A program made the translations under genes and the position numbers. A DNA stretch of 64,000 nucleotides from an uncultured Acidobacteriaceae bacterium. GTDB lineage: Bacteria > Acidobacteriota > Terriglobia > Terriglobales > Acidobacteriaceae. How positions within the stretch are numbered: position 1 is the stretch's first letter; the number at the start of each line of letters is the position of its first letter. The stretch covers positions 1,404,353 to 1,468,352 of the forward strand of contig CAVYEO010000002.1 in assembly GCA_963767705.1 (NCBI GenBank), given 5' to 3'. This document shows positions 36,760 through 46,806 of this stretch, piece by piece. The notes under the pieces are model-generated. The model had not been told where the DNA came from and did no database searches. It saw nothing but the letters and a program-made list of their open reading frames with translations.

Positions 36760-37581
36760 TTGGCGGATAGCGAAGCACAGCAGGAACAGCGTGCCTTCCA
36801 CAACGAAGGAGGCACGATCATTTTTGATAAACCCTCGAGTGACGAAAAGACAGCCGAGAAGCGACGCCAAGACGAGGAACACGAGTACGCTAGAGATCAA
36901 GTCAAGTCGAACAGGCTCATTGCTTATTTCAACGGTTTGCTTGTGATTGCCACGTTCACTGGTATCGTCATAGGAATTTGGCAGGCGTACATCTCTCGTG
37001 CAGCAGTTAACACCGCGCGTGCGTCCATCATTCAAGCGCAGCAGGCACTTCAGACCACCATCGACAACTTCCACCAAGAACAGCGTGCCTGGATCGGTAT
37101 TGCAGCTACCAATCCCCTCAGCTATAGCACCGACCCAAGTACCCGCTCCGCGAGTATGACTGTTGCGTTCACGCTTGAAAACTACGGGCACTCTGCTGCC
37201 GAGCACGTGCATTTTCTCGCGGTACTGGAATCCGACCCGACAGTTAACAGCATTCCGTGCAGTGATGCCGCTAAACTCCACGGCGGCGACATCTTGCTTC
37301 CAACCCAAACACGTACGCTGAATTGGGTAATGACTTTGAAGCGCGACCAGATGGAAAAGGGATGGAATCATCAGAATCCCCAGTTGGGGAATACGCTTCT
37401 CTTGAAGATCTTGGGCTGTATTGAGTATTCCGACCGAGAAGGGGAGAAGCCTCCACACTTCACCCCTTTTAGTTATTTGGTTTACCGGAAAGACGCTTAC
37501 ATCTCCGCCCAAACTAGAAATGTTCCCGGCAGGCAACTGGGCCTTAGTCTGTACGGTGTGGATTCCAGCGAAACTCGCTAA
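36760..37581 (+). CDS. Hypothetical single-pass membrane protein (cargo of the bracketed segment)
   Basis: 273-aa ORF in a lower-GC region. It has a charged N-terminus, one TM helix (LIAYFNGLLVIATFTGIVIGIW), then a soluble domain. No family recognised. Confidence 0.4.
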   Translation: MADSEAQQEQRAFHNEGGTIIFDKPSSDEKTAEKRRQDEEHEYARDQVKSNRLIAYFNGLLVIATFTGIVIGIWQAYISRAAVNTARASIIQAQQALQTTIDNFHQEQRAWIGIAATNPLSYSTDPSTRSASMTVAFTLENYGHSAAEHVHFLAVLESDPTVNSIPCSDAAKLHGGDILLPTQTRTLNWVMTLKRDQMEKGWNHQNPQLGNTLLLKILGCIEYSDREGEKPPHFTPFSYLVYRKDAYISAQTRNVPGRQLGLSLYGVDSSETR

Positions 37582-37828
37582 GCAAGCGGCCACAACCCAC
37601 TTGGATCGGAATAATTCTCTAAACAGCTATCTATTACTTTAGCGCGGAAAGCAAGGCAGCGGTTCAGGTCAGGCGGGACTTAGGGGGTGCGGGGCTTAGC
37701 AGAGCAATGACTTTGCTGAGTCATGTATGTCATTGCCGTTGCGTGGGTTGGTACGAGCAAAGATGAAGCCCAATGACGCCGCTCACGATTCGTTCAGATA
37801 GAGCGGCGTCACTGTGAATCTTCGGGCA

Positions 37829-38888
37829 TTAGGGTATGTTGACGCACGCCAGAGCAATCGCTCCCTGGCCGCAAGCGCCTCCTCCATGCACTTGACTGAT
37901 CGAGTTATGGATTCTGTTCCCGCAGGTTTGAGCTACGACTGTGCCGAAGCCCCTTCCCCAGTCCGCGCCCGTACCGAAGCAGCCGTTTCCTTCCAAGTCA
38001 TAGGCGTGCACTTCCACACTAATACCGTTTATTCGGTTTTGCAGGGTGTCTGCCACTTGTTTCTGAGCGGCCGTCGCAGCCTGAGCCTTATTGAGATCGG
38101 AAACGGCCTGTGCCACTGCCTGGCTAGCCTGCGAAGCAAGTTCAAATCCGTTCAAGGTATCTGACGGGAAAACGATCGCTAGAGAGCTTACCGCCCCAGC
38201 AGCAACTGTGAGAGTCGTCCGTTGGTAAAACGTTGACCCATCCTGTTTCTTCTGGGGTTTCTTTACACAGGTGATAGCAAAAGGGTTTGCGGTGCTCAGG
38301 TGCACCGGCCCGCTGTAGGTTACAGGCCTGTGAGCGCTGTTGAAGTCGGCGCTTTTGCACGTCATTGCAGAGTCGTCATAAACGACGCTGTTGATGAAGT
38401 CCTTATAAGCACCGTCTGCCGACCCGCTGACGACTAGAGTATCTGGCTGGCTGATTGCGACCCGCAGATGCAGACCCGAGCGAGCCAGATCAACGCAGCT
38501 ATTGAAGTTGGCGAGAGCTCCCGTAACCACGGTGGATGAGGCGTTGCTGGCCGCATTCCATGAATCGAACTGGCTCGAACCCACCTTGCAGAACTCTTCC
38601 ATTTTCTGCTCGCTGGTGCCGTTGCTGAACGAAAACTTGAAAGGAATCGCCTTTACGACTGCTTCTAGCCCCACACCCGTCGCAGATGTGTTCACCGACC
38701 CATCTTTCTTACAGAAGGATGAGAACGACCGTACGAGCTCCACGTTGGTCTGTTGAGCCTCAGAGTAATCTCTAGTTGAATTCTTATAGATGTCAACGCA
38801 CGCCTGCAGGGCGGCGTCAGTCTGCAAGGCACGTGACTGGGCGAAGACTGATAGCCAAGGTTAACGACAGAATCAAAGAAAACTTCAT
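37829..38888 (-). pseudogene. Hypothetical exported protein; the signal peptide is out of frame by 1 nt relative to the 332-aa body
   Basis: ATG 38888 opens MKFSLILSLTLAIS... and then hits a stop. The main ORF (37829-38827) read upstream in its own frame gives ...SVFAQSRALQTDAAL. Joined together these give a textbook signal peptide, MKFSLILSLTLAISVFAQS. Confidence 0.45.
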
Positions 38889-39521
38889 GGAGGTAGCTCC
38901 TTGTTGGTATTGCCAGGTTGGGGACCCAAGAAAAGCTGCTTGACACACTTGATGCTGGTCGCTGTGCGAGGAATTGTACTCTCAGCTTTTGCGCTCTTCA
39001 AAGTTAATCTAGCTAAACCCCGGCCCCCTCACCAGCTTCGTCATCCGTGGTTGGTCGCTGTGGCAGTGGTTGTACCGACTCGTCGACATTGGCTAGAACA
39101 AATCACCCAACGATCAGATTGGTCCTAGAAGTCCGCTTTTCGTCCGCAATCAGACTCGGCAACGCGAAAGTTCACAAGTTTCAGTAACAGCCTCGAAACT
39201 CGACTCCTACCATGCGCAGAACCGTCCAACTAAGGCCGGCGGTTGGATGAGGGGCCGGGAAAGTTCAAGCGGGTTCTCCCGGCGGCGCTTTTGGGCAAAC
39301 CCCAGAGCGACAGGCCTGCCGCCACGCGCCGCACAAGGCTAATCAGCCTGGTGTGCTTGGTTTCTTTCTAGGCTTTGGACTTGGCAGCGAACTCCTGCTT
39401 GGCTGTGTTATCAGAACTAGCCCTCATCAACCCGAGTCTTCTTAGGCCAACAACATACGTGACAAATCCGACGTATAGCGGGATACCTGAAGCATGGAAC
39501 AGGCACCCAAGACGCTTCAGA

Positions 39522-39905
39522 AAGCAGTGCTCTACTTCAACCAATGCAGATAACTGCCGCAACTACCTAGTGGCACGGCGCTGGCCTGAAGGCGTGATTC
39601 GCCCTCGCTGTGGAAGCGATAAGGTGGCGTTCCTTCCCAAGTACAACCCATGGCAGTGCAGCACGAAGCATGACGCCCGCCAGTTCACGGCGAAGACCGG
39701 CACGATCATGGAAGAGACGCCTATCGGCTTAAACAAGTGGCTAATGGCGATGTGGCTGATTGTGAACTGCAAGAACCGCATCAGTTCGTATGAGACTCAC
39801 CACGCTATCGGAGTAACACAGGAGACCGCATGGTTCCTCAATCACCGCATTCAGCTGGCGCTCACGTCCGGCAGCTTCGACCGAAGCCGATCTCAGCCGA
39901 CCTAG
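39522..39905 (+). pseudogene. IS1595-family transposase, N-terminal half (zinc-ribbon plus HTH)
   Basis: CRNYLVARRWPEGVIRPRCGSDKVAFLPKYNPWQCSTKHDARQFTAKTGTIMEETPIGLNKWLMAMWLIVNCKNRISSYETHHAIGVTQETAWFLNHRI is the characteristic IS1595 N-terminus. It ends about where the 35711 fragment begins. Confidence 0.7.
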
Positions 39906-40728
39906 CCGCAAGATGCGATAGACGCGATCAGGCCGAAAGAATGGAGACCCTGTTCCGTGCCGGTGCTTGCCGTGCCGCGATCCGCCGTCATCAAAGACAT
40001 TGAGAAGAGAAAGCGGCGTCGCGCGAAGAAGCAGGAATAGCTGAATGGGACTGCGGGTGCTGCACCCGCAGCAATGCTTGTTCCGACCGTCCACACTGTA
40101 TCCGCAAAAGCGACACCGAATGAATCAGTAGTCATATCAGCCTCCATGTTTTCCGTCTTTGGCCTTTTTAGCATCGTAAGCAGCACCACAAACATGATCC
40201 ACAGACAGCCGAGCCAAGCATCCGAGAAGTCGGACCTTCCGAACCCGGAAGACTCAGACTACCACAGGCCGTTCAGCCGCTTTTTATGTTGATTTGCCAA
40301 GTATGTTGTTGCCCTTCTTAGCCGAAGGGGATTTTAGGTTCCTGCGACTATCCACGAGTGATAAATCGCCAATGCGCTCATGGAGCTTCGTTCAAGCAAA
40401 CTCCGCGTTGCTCCCGAGTGACGGTCAAGCCGGAAGTTGAGTTCGCGGGCGGCAAGTCGCGACGCGCTGATCGGGAACGAGCCCCGCATCAGTCTCCATG
40501 AACGCGCGTGCCTGTACCTAGCAGCACCACAGCCGGTTGTTTCCGAACCCACACTCCTGGGAACATTCAAACCTATACATGATAGGTGCGGGAAGTCTCT
40601 GCTCCATCGGTTCATCAACACGACTTTGACCATCGCGGCATTGGCGTTTAAAGCTGCCGCTGCAGCGGTCAACCAACTGAAACAAATGCCCGCTCTCTCC
40701 TAAGGGGATCAGAACCCACACCTTTAGG

Positions 40729-40756
40729 AACAGCCGGATGGTGAGATCCGGCTGTT
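40729..40756. repeat. 28-bp perfect palindrome, copy 2
   Basis: aacagccggatggtgagatccggctgtt read directly. It is the mirror of 34041-34068. Confidence 0.45.
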
Positions 40757-40807
40757 GATTTCGGGGGAGTTAGGGGCCAGCTTTTGGCAGCCCTTTTGAA
40801 ACAGGGG

Positions 40808-41404
40808 TCAGGCCAGTTTGGGAACTGGAGGGTTCTGGTCGCGCAGGACCCGGTGGATGGTGGCCCGGGAGACGCGGTGGAGCTTGGCCAACTCACTCAG
40901 GCTCATGCCGGAGGCCCGGTCCCGGAGCACACGACCGCGGTCGATGTCGACCGGCTTGCGTCCGATGTGGCGGCCTTCGAGCCGAGCCCGGCGCATGCCG
41001 GCCCGGACCCGTTCGACGATCAGGCTGCGTTCAAGCTCGGCGATGGCGCCGACGATGACCACCATGGCCCGGCCGAGCGGCCCGCCGGTGTCGATGTTCT
41101 CGCGGAAGCTGACGAACTCGATCGACAGGTGGTTGAGTTCGTCCAGGATCTCAAGGAAGTGCCGAACCGAGCGGGCCATCCGGTCGAAGGCCCAGACCAG
41201 GACCACTTCGAAGCGGTGCTTGCGGGCGTCGGCCATGAGCTGGTCGAGCCCGGGCCGCTTCGCCTTCGCCCCCGAGATGGTGTCGGAGTACTCGCGCACG
41301 ATCTCGAAGCCGCGCTGCGAAGCCATCTGGCGGAGGTCGTACATCTGGGTCTCGGGATGCTGGTCTACGGTCGAGACCCTGAGGTAAAGCACGGCGCGCT
41401 TCAT
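40808..41404 (-). CDS. Small serine recombinase (resolvase/invertase family), copy 2
   Basis: Its 199-aa translation is identical to copy 1. Confidence 0.9.
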   Translation of the reverse strand: MKRAVLYLRVSTVDQHPETQMYDLRQMASQRGFEIVREYSDTISGAKAKRPGLDQLMADARKHRFEVVLVWAFDRMARSVRHFLEILDELNHLSIEFVSFRENIDTGGPLGRAMVVIVGAIAELERSLIVERVRAGMRRARLEGRHIGRKPVDIDRGRVLRDRASGMSLSELAKLHRVSRATIHRVLRDQNPPVPKLA

Positions 41405-41550
41405 CACCGCGCCCGCTTCAGGCCCTTGGGGTAGTTCTCCCGGACGAACTGCTCGATGAACTCAAGCAGGACATCGGTCATGTTCTTGCCCTGGCTGGCA
41501 GTGGCGACCTTGAAGGCGTTGTGGAGCTCGACTTCGACGTTCAGGTTCAT
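41404..41550 (-). CDS. Small RHH protein, copy 2
   Basis: Mirror of 33247-33393. The C-terminus is KRAR instead of KRGR. Confidence 0.5.
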   Translation of the reverse strand: MNLNVEVELHNAFKVATASQGKNMTDVLLEFIEQFVRENYPKGLKRAR

Positions 41551-41663
41551 GCGTTTCACCCTTGGTTCTTCCGGTTCCGGGGTTCGTTTCCTGGCTGGGA
41601 CGATGGCTCACCTCCTCAAGAGGTGAGCTTATCTATATATGAGTAAGGTGGCCAGCCGGCCGG

Positions 41664-41954
41664 TCAGGCCGGCGGCCCCTGGTAGTGGCGGGTGGTGACG
41701 GCGATCGAGACGATGTCCTCCTCCGAGTTCTCGAGCACGGCGGCGATGGCGCGGAGCTGGGCCGGGTCCTCCGGGACCCAGCCGCTCTCGAGGGCATCCC
41801 ACTGGGACAGCTCCATGCCGGCCAGCCGGGCGGCGGCTTCGGCGGTGAGGTTGAGATTGCCGCGGCGGCGCTCGACATAGAAGGCCAGGAGCCGGGAGAA
41901 GTGGAAGTGGGGAGGCGAGGGGGGCAGATGGGGCATATCGATATGTGTACTCAT
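41664..41954 (-). CDS. XRE/Cro-like HTH protein, copy 2
   Basis: 96 aa, with one residue difference from copy 1. Confidence 0.55.
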   Translation of the reverse strand: MSTHIDMPHLPPSPPHFHFSRLLAFYVERRRGNLNLTAEAAARLAGMELSQWDALESGWVPEDPAQLRAIAAVLENSEEDIVSIAVTTRHYQGPPA

Positions 41955-42026
41955 CTACTCATTATAGTTGAGAGCTTCCGGCCGCCCAAGACCAAAATCG
42001 CCCCCCTTGCACAAAAACGTGATGAG

Positions 42027-42706
42027 TATTTACTTATACCGGCCCGGACCCGGCTTCCTTCTTCGCCAACTTCACTGGCAGCCCCGCCGCTCTGGGCAAC
42101 CAGTTCTACAACTACGGTGGCCTCGGTATGGGCCAGGGCCAGCTCGGGCAGTATACGAATGGCCAGCTCACCGGCGGCGAAGTTTCAACGCCTGAGTCCG
42201 GCAACTACCAGAACATGCACTCCGCGCCGATGCTCCCGAATTACCTGGGCATCCCGTTCCGCATTCTGGTCAGCCCCTTCATCAACTTCGATCCCGAGAC
42301 CAAGACCACTGATGTCCTGATGTTCAACAGCAAGAACCTCGGCGCCCTGATCGTGCAGGAAGATCCGCACGTCAAGAGCTGGGAAGACGGCAACCTGAAC
42401 ATCAACAACATGTCGATGGAAGAGACCTACGGTTTCGGTATCCTCAACCAAGGTCAGGCGATCGCCATTGCTCGCAACGTCAAGATCCGCCCGAACGAAT
42501 TCACCATGCCGGCGCGCAGCGTGTTCAGACCAGGTCTCTCCGTGACCGCGGCCCAGCAAAGCCCTCGCGCGGCGCGCCGGACCGCTAGACACAAGTGCAT
42601 CTTGCCCGACCACTGCACTCTTCAGCCAACAGGCCTTCTTCTCCGTTGCTCGCTTCCAGCGTGTTACTCGCGTTTCTCGATACGGCTGCTGCGTTTGCCG
42701 GGCTGA
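42027..42706 (+). pseudogene. Second copy of the 5'-truncated (capsid-like?) gene fragment, with a different C-terminal tail caused by a 1-nt indel
   Basis: Mirror of 32208-32770. After ...AAQQSPRA the frame differs from copy 1 (the CG-repeat run is 1 nt shorter), extending the ORF to 42706. Confidence 0.35.
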
Positions 42707-43351
42707 CTGACGCACTTCAGCGCTGCCCTCCTGGCCGAATCCGATCTCTGCCCTCAGCCAGGACCGGGCTGACCGCTGGCTCTTACTCACCTCCAGTCAC
42801 GCTGTTTTCCTGGCAGCCATTTCCGTCCTCTTCCAGGCCCATCTCCCGCCCGTTCAGGAGATGGAAAAACCGGCCCCGGAAAGGAGGAACTTCTGTAACT
42901 GCATCTGTGGCACGGGGTTTTGCTCTGGAGATTGCACGCGTTTACGAGGGGACATTGATTTCCCTACGTAGCACTGGCACTTAGTGCACAGAACGGGCTG
43001 GAAATCGCCGCTCTAGTATAGGATCTTCCCCCCCAACACGATGAAAAAGGACAGGAATTGATCGGTTCTCCATCTACACTGCGCTCGAGCCGTACTCATA
43101 TACTTCTGAACCTGGCCCTCTTCGAGACCGTTCCTGGACCCGCTCGCCCCAGGGAAGCCGGGGCATCTGGACTGGAACAAGCCCCCTCCGCCCACCGCCC
43201 CGCCCCACTAGACAAAGCTCTAATCGAGTGGCTTTAAAGCCGCAACAATCGGCAACATGGATTGAGACGTGTGGAATCGAGAGTTCGGCCTCGGATGCAG
43301 ATTCGGGCAGGTCGTTCCTAGCTTCGCTCTAATAGAGCAAGGCCCAGGAGG

Positions 43352-46300
43352 TCAGAACAGGTTATAGCAACTCTCGACCACGCACTGGCCGAGACGCCGA
43401 TAGCTTTCAAACTGGCTTTCCGTAAAGAACTGATTGAGGGTCTTGTCGTGAGGAAATTGCGCATGCTGTAACCAATAGTTCTGAATATCGCCGGGAAGAT
43501 TCGGCAGATCGCCGGGATTCGACCCGCTCCCTGGCGCGCCTGGCGGCGCGCCGACAAGGGATGCTTTAATGTAGGTGATGCGACCGCAACAGCCATCAGG
43601 CGTTTCCGGGTACTTGATAGTTCCCTGGATAGCGTGCGCCGAGCTGAAGCGCGTTTTCGCAACCAATCGCAGTTCGGAAAGGTTCAGGTTGATCTCGACC
43701 CCGAAATCGATCCGGCACTTGCGAATGGCCATGCCGATGCCTTCAAAGAGATAGGTCTCGTCCTGCTCGGCGTCGCAGACGACGACGTTGTAACAGCGCC
43801 GGCGAATCAATTCGTATAGACCCATGTTGTCGAAGTGTCCGCCGTCGGTGAGATAAACATATTTATAACTGTCGTCTGTGCTTCCGATGAGCTCCGAGAA
43901 GAGCGCCAGACCCGTGGGCGAGCCCAAACCGCCTTTCCCGCTTGGCGCATCGCCGAGTTTCCGTCCGGCGCAGGACAGCTTGCGCGGGTTGGGTAGCCAG
44001 CAGCCGAGGCGAGCGTTGAACATGGTCAGCAGGAAGGCCGTTGCCGGTTTCGTGTGGTAGCCCCAGTTGGGACTGAGGGCGGCACCGGAGATTGCCATAG
44101 CCGTTGAGATATTCAGACCCCCTTCGGGGGCAGCATAGAGCTCGGTAGGCACGAAGCCGTTGAACTGCGTGCCCGGCTCGCCCTCCGTCCAGCTTGCCGT
44201 GTATCCCGTATAGAGCGGGGTGAAGGCGAAGGAGGCGCCTTTGCGCTCCTGATAGGCGAGGTCCTTGCCCGTAGTCAGGTTCAGGGTGGCGCAGAAGATG
44301 GGGAAGGGGCCGGGATAGTCCTGATCCGGGAGTAAGGCACCGCAGTTGGAGTCCGCGCGTGTCGCGGTCGTCGAAGCCAGTCAGTGGATTAGGGTCACGG
44401 CTGCGGTTCGAAGCGCCAAGATAGCAGCGCGTCAGCCGGTTGCGGTAGAAGGGGAACATGGAGAAGGCGTTCGCGTTGAGCCGCCAACCGAAGGTCAGCG
44501 ATGCCAAAAACGAAACCAGAAGCCCGCTGCCGAGCCGCCATGGGTGGGAGCCGCTGCCGAGCCAGAGCTCGATCGTCCAGGAGAGCAGCACGAGCAGGCC
44601 GAGGATGTAGACGTAAGGGCCGACGGTGGCAAGCAGCTCGGCAGACAGGGCGGTCTTGGTCTTTGGAGCATCGGCTGCCGCTCCATCGGTCTTGGCGCTT
44701 TTACCGCTGGCAACGGAGGCGGCGGTTGTCGCGGCCCAGGCCAGCACGGTCGACCACTTTAAGGCGGAGCTGTAGATGACACTGGTTAAGAAATCAGGCG
44801 AGAGCAGGGCGATCGAAAAAAGGCCGAGCCATGCCAGCGCGATGAGGAGGGTGCTGGCCTGCAGCCGTCCGAGCAACTCGCGTATCCAGTCGTCAAACTG
44901 CCGCCCTACCGCGCCGACGAGGAGCCCGACCGTTAAAAACGGTATGGACGCGAGCAGGGGAACGCCGAAGATCAACTCTATGCCGGGAACCGGGCAGTGC
45001 ATCCAGCGGGCTCCCCAGTGCTCCAGGGTGGCGACACGGATAAGCACGGCAAGGAGGGCAAAGACCGCCGCTCCCCCAAGGGAGACCAGCGAACACAGAG
45101 CAGAAAAACCCAACCGGGCCCAAAGTCCATACCGCGGTAGAGCCCTGCCGCCGAGAGCCACACCCATGCTCAAAAGGAATAGTGCTCCAGCAACGCCGGC
45201 GTATTGCCATGCTGATGGATCGGCGCTGACAAAAGCGTAGCTCAGTGGAATGGCGGGAAACATGAGCAGGGCAAGGATGAAGCTGGTATCCCAAGGATGA
45301 CTTGATTTGCGCCGCGTCTTCCTCTCACAGTCGAGAACATCTGCCAGCGGACCAGGGCAAGGTGGGATGGTGCCGGGCGCAGTGGACGCTCGGACGGCCT
45401 GGTCGCATGCCCGGATATAGGAGTGCTCATCACTCAAGAGAAGAGCCAGATAAAAAGCGCCAACCAGAAAGAGGATCAGCCCGGAAACTATCCAGAACAG
45501 CGATTTCTGGTTCTTCTGTAGGACTCTTGCATTGCACGGCGCCTGCTGAGGCTGGCTTAGCGCGTTGCATAAATTGAGCCGGGGACATCCGCTCAGATCC
45601 AAACGTTTCCCGGCCCAGGATGCCACGGAATATCGCAGAGTGCAGCCATAGTGGTGTGAGAAGGTTTCCGCTGCGATGCCAGAGGCTGCGCCCTTCGCGA
45701 GTCCCGAAATGGCGAATGTGTACTGGCCTTGGACACCGGGGCCCGTGGCGGCGAAATGACCGGCGATGCTGGCCGGCTGCGTGGTCTCCCGTTTGGTGCA
45801 GGCGCTCCCGGGGTCGGCCCATGGCACAGAGAAGAGCCAGGGAATGAGCAGCATGAAGAGGAGCGCGGAGATGAGCACGATCTGGTTCAACAGCGTGTTT
45901 CTTATCCAGATGGCGATAGCGGTCCAGGTATCGAGAGTGAAGAGGCCCTTTTCCGGCGTTAGGTAATTTGAGTAGCTGCGCAGCCAGCGTATCTCGAAAG
46001 GGGCGCGTTGCGGCGGAAGGGAACGTTGGATGGAGGCGTCGTATTTCGGATCATCTTCTGGACTTTTCCGATTGGGAATGCAATTCGTCGAGGCCGGGAT
46101 GGGCGACATGGCGGCTTGCACCTCCTTCAACGCTTCCTTGCACGCAAAGCAAGAGTTGCGTCCCAACCTTTGTCGCGCTGTTTCGCGTTTCAGCCAGGCG
46201 ACCAGCCAGGCGTGGATGTAGCCTCCGCCGGAAACGGAAGACAGATAATCGTAGTCGTTCAGCTTCTGCTTAGAAGCGAGACCTTGCAGAACGCCGAGAT

Positions 46301-46733
46301 TGAAAGTGGCACTTCGGATGCCGCCGCCGGACAGGCATAGGCCGGAGAGCTTTTCCAGCCGAGCCCAGTCGTATACCGTCGCGGGTCGCTTTGGGTCAGT
46401 TAAATCCGGTGGCCACGGTTTGCAGTCTCCTCCATGGACGGCACGCACTTTGCATAATGTCGGAGCTTCCTGCTCCAGCAGCCATTTACTCGGCACATAG
46501 TCGACAAGATTAGCAAGCGGCTGCTGAAGCCCCGGGTTGCTGCGCATGCAATCTAAAATGTCCTTCTCCGCACAAGGGGCCAGCGATGGCAGCGTCGTTT
46601 GCTGAATCGCCCAATCACGTACCGTCCTGAGCTCCGGGACAGCAATCAAGAGCTCCGTGCTGATTGGCTTCCCGATGTCTTTCGCGTAAGCAAGAACACG
46701 TTGCGATAGTTCCTCGAGATAGTCACTTCCCAT
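43352..46733 (-). pseudogene. Patatin-like phospholipase with a large polytopic membrane insertion; one frameshift between about 44,300 and 44,380
   Basis: CLSGGGIRSATFNLGVLQGL (oxyanion GGGxR) and SSVSGGGY (nucleophile elbow) lie in the 988-aa ORF, followed by at least 9 hydrophobic helices. After ...NPLTGFDDRDTRGLQL the homologous path continues in the frame of ORF 43352-44152 (CGALLPDQDYPGPFPIFCATLNLTTGKDLAYQERKGASFAF...LTDGGHFDNMGLYELIRR, the catalytic Asp motif). The start is placed at ATG 46733 (AGGAGA 8 nt upstream). Confidence 0.75.
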
Positions 46734-46806
46734 TGGTTGTTCTCCTGGCATGGGTTTGTCGTATCTGACCCTGGCAGTACCGTTTGTTCCTGCCCCGCGT
46801 CCTGCG

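Larger units (their letters stand above)
40705..43210. repeat. Right arm of the 2.5-kb inverted repeat (IR-R)
   Basis: It is the reverse complement of 31585-34091 with only a handful of substitutions and indels (for example KRGR versus KRAR at the RHH C-terminus, ILNEGQ versus ILNQGQ in the fragment ORF). Confidence 0.9.

Noticed and set aside
39902-40195. The missing 5' end of the GMC oxidoreductase located right after the IS N-half, which would prove a circle-integration model.
   Set aside because: All three minus-strand frames of 39,906-40,020 were translated by eye. No convincing GxGxxG dinucleotide-binding motif was found, so the idea is unsupported.
31585-43210. A prophage call, based on the capsid-like fragments.
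   Set aside because: Only two identical 5'-truncated fragments of uncertain family are present. No terminase, portal, tail, lysis or replication genes are visible anywhere in the island.
43863-44340. The last roughly 160 residues of the 988-aa ORF considered as a genuine C-terminal domain.
   Set aside because: The text turns Arg/Pro/Leu-rich and motif-free right after ...GFDDRDTRGLQL. The overlapping frame carries a clean continuation of the patatin fold (PGPFPIFCATLNL...DGGHFDN), so the tail is out-of-frame read-through.
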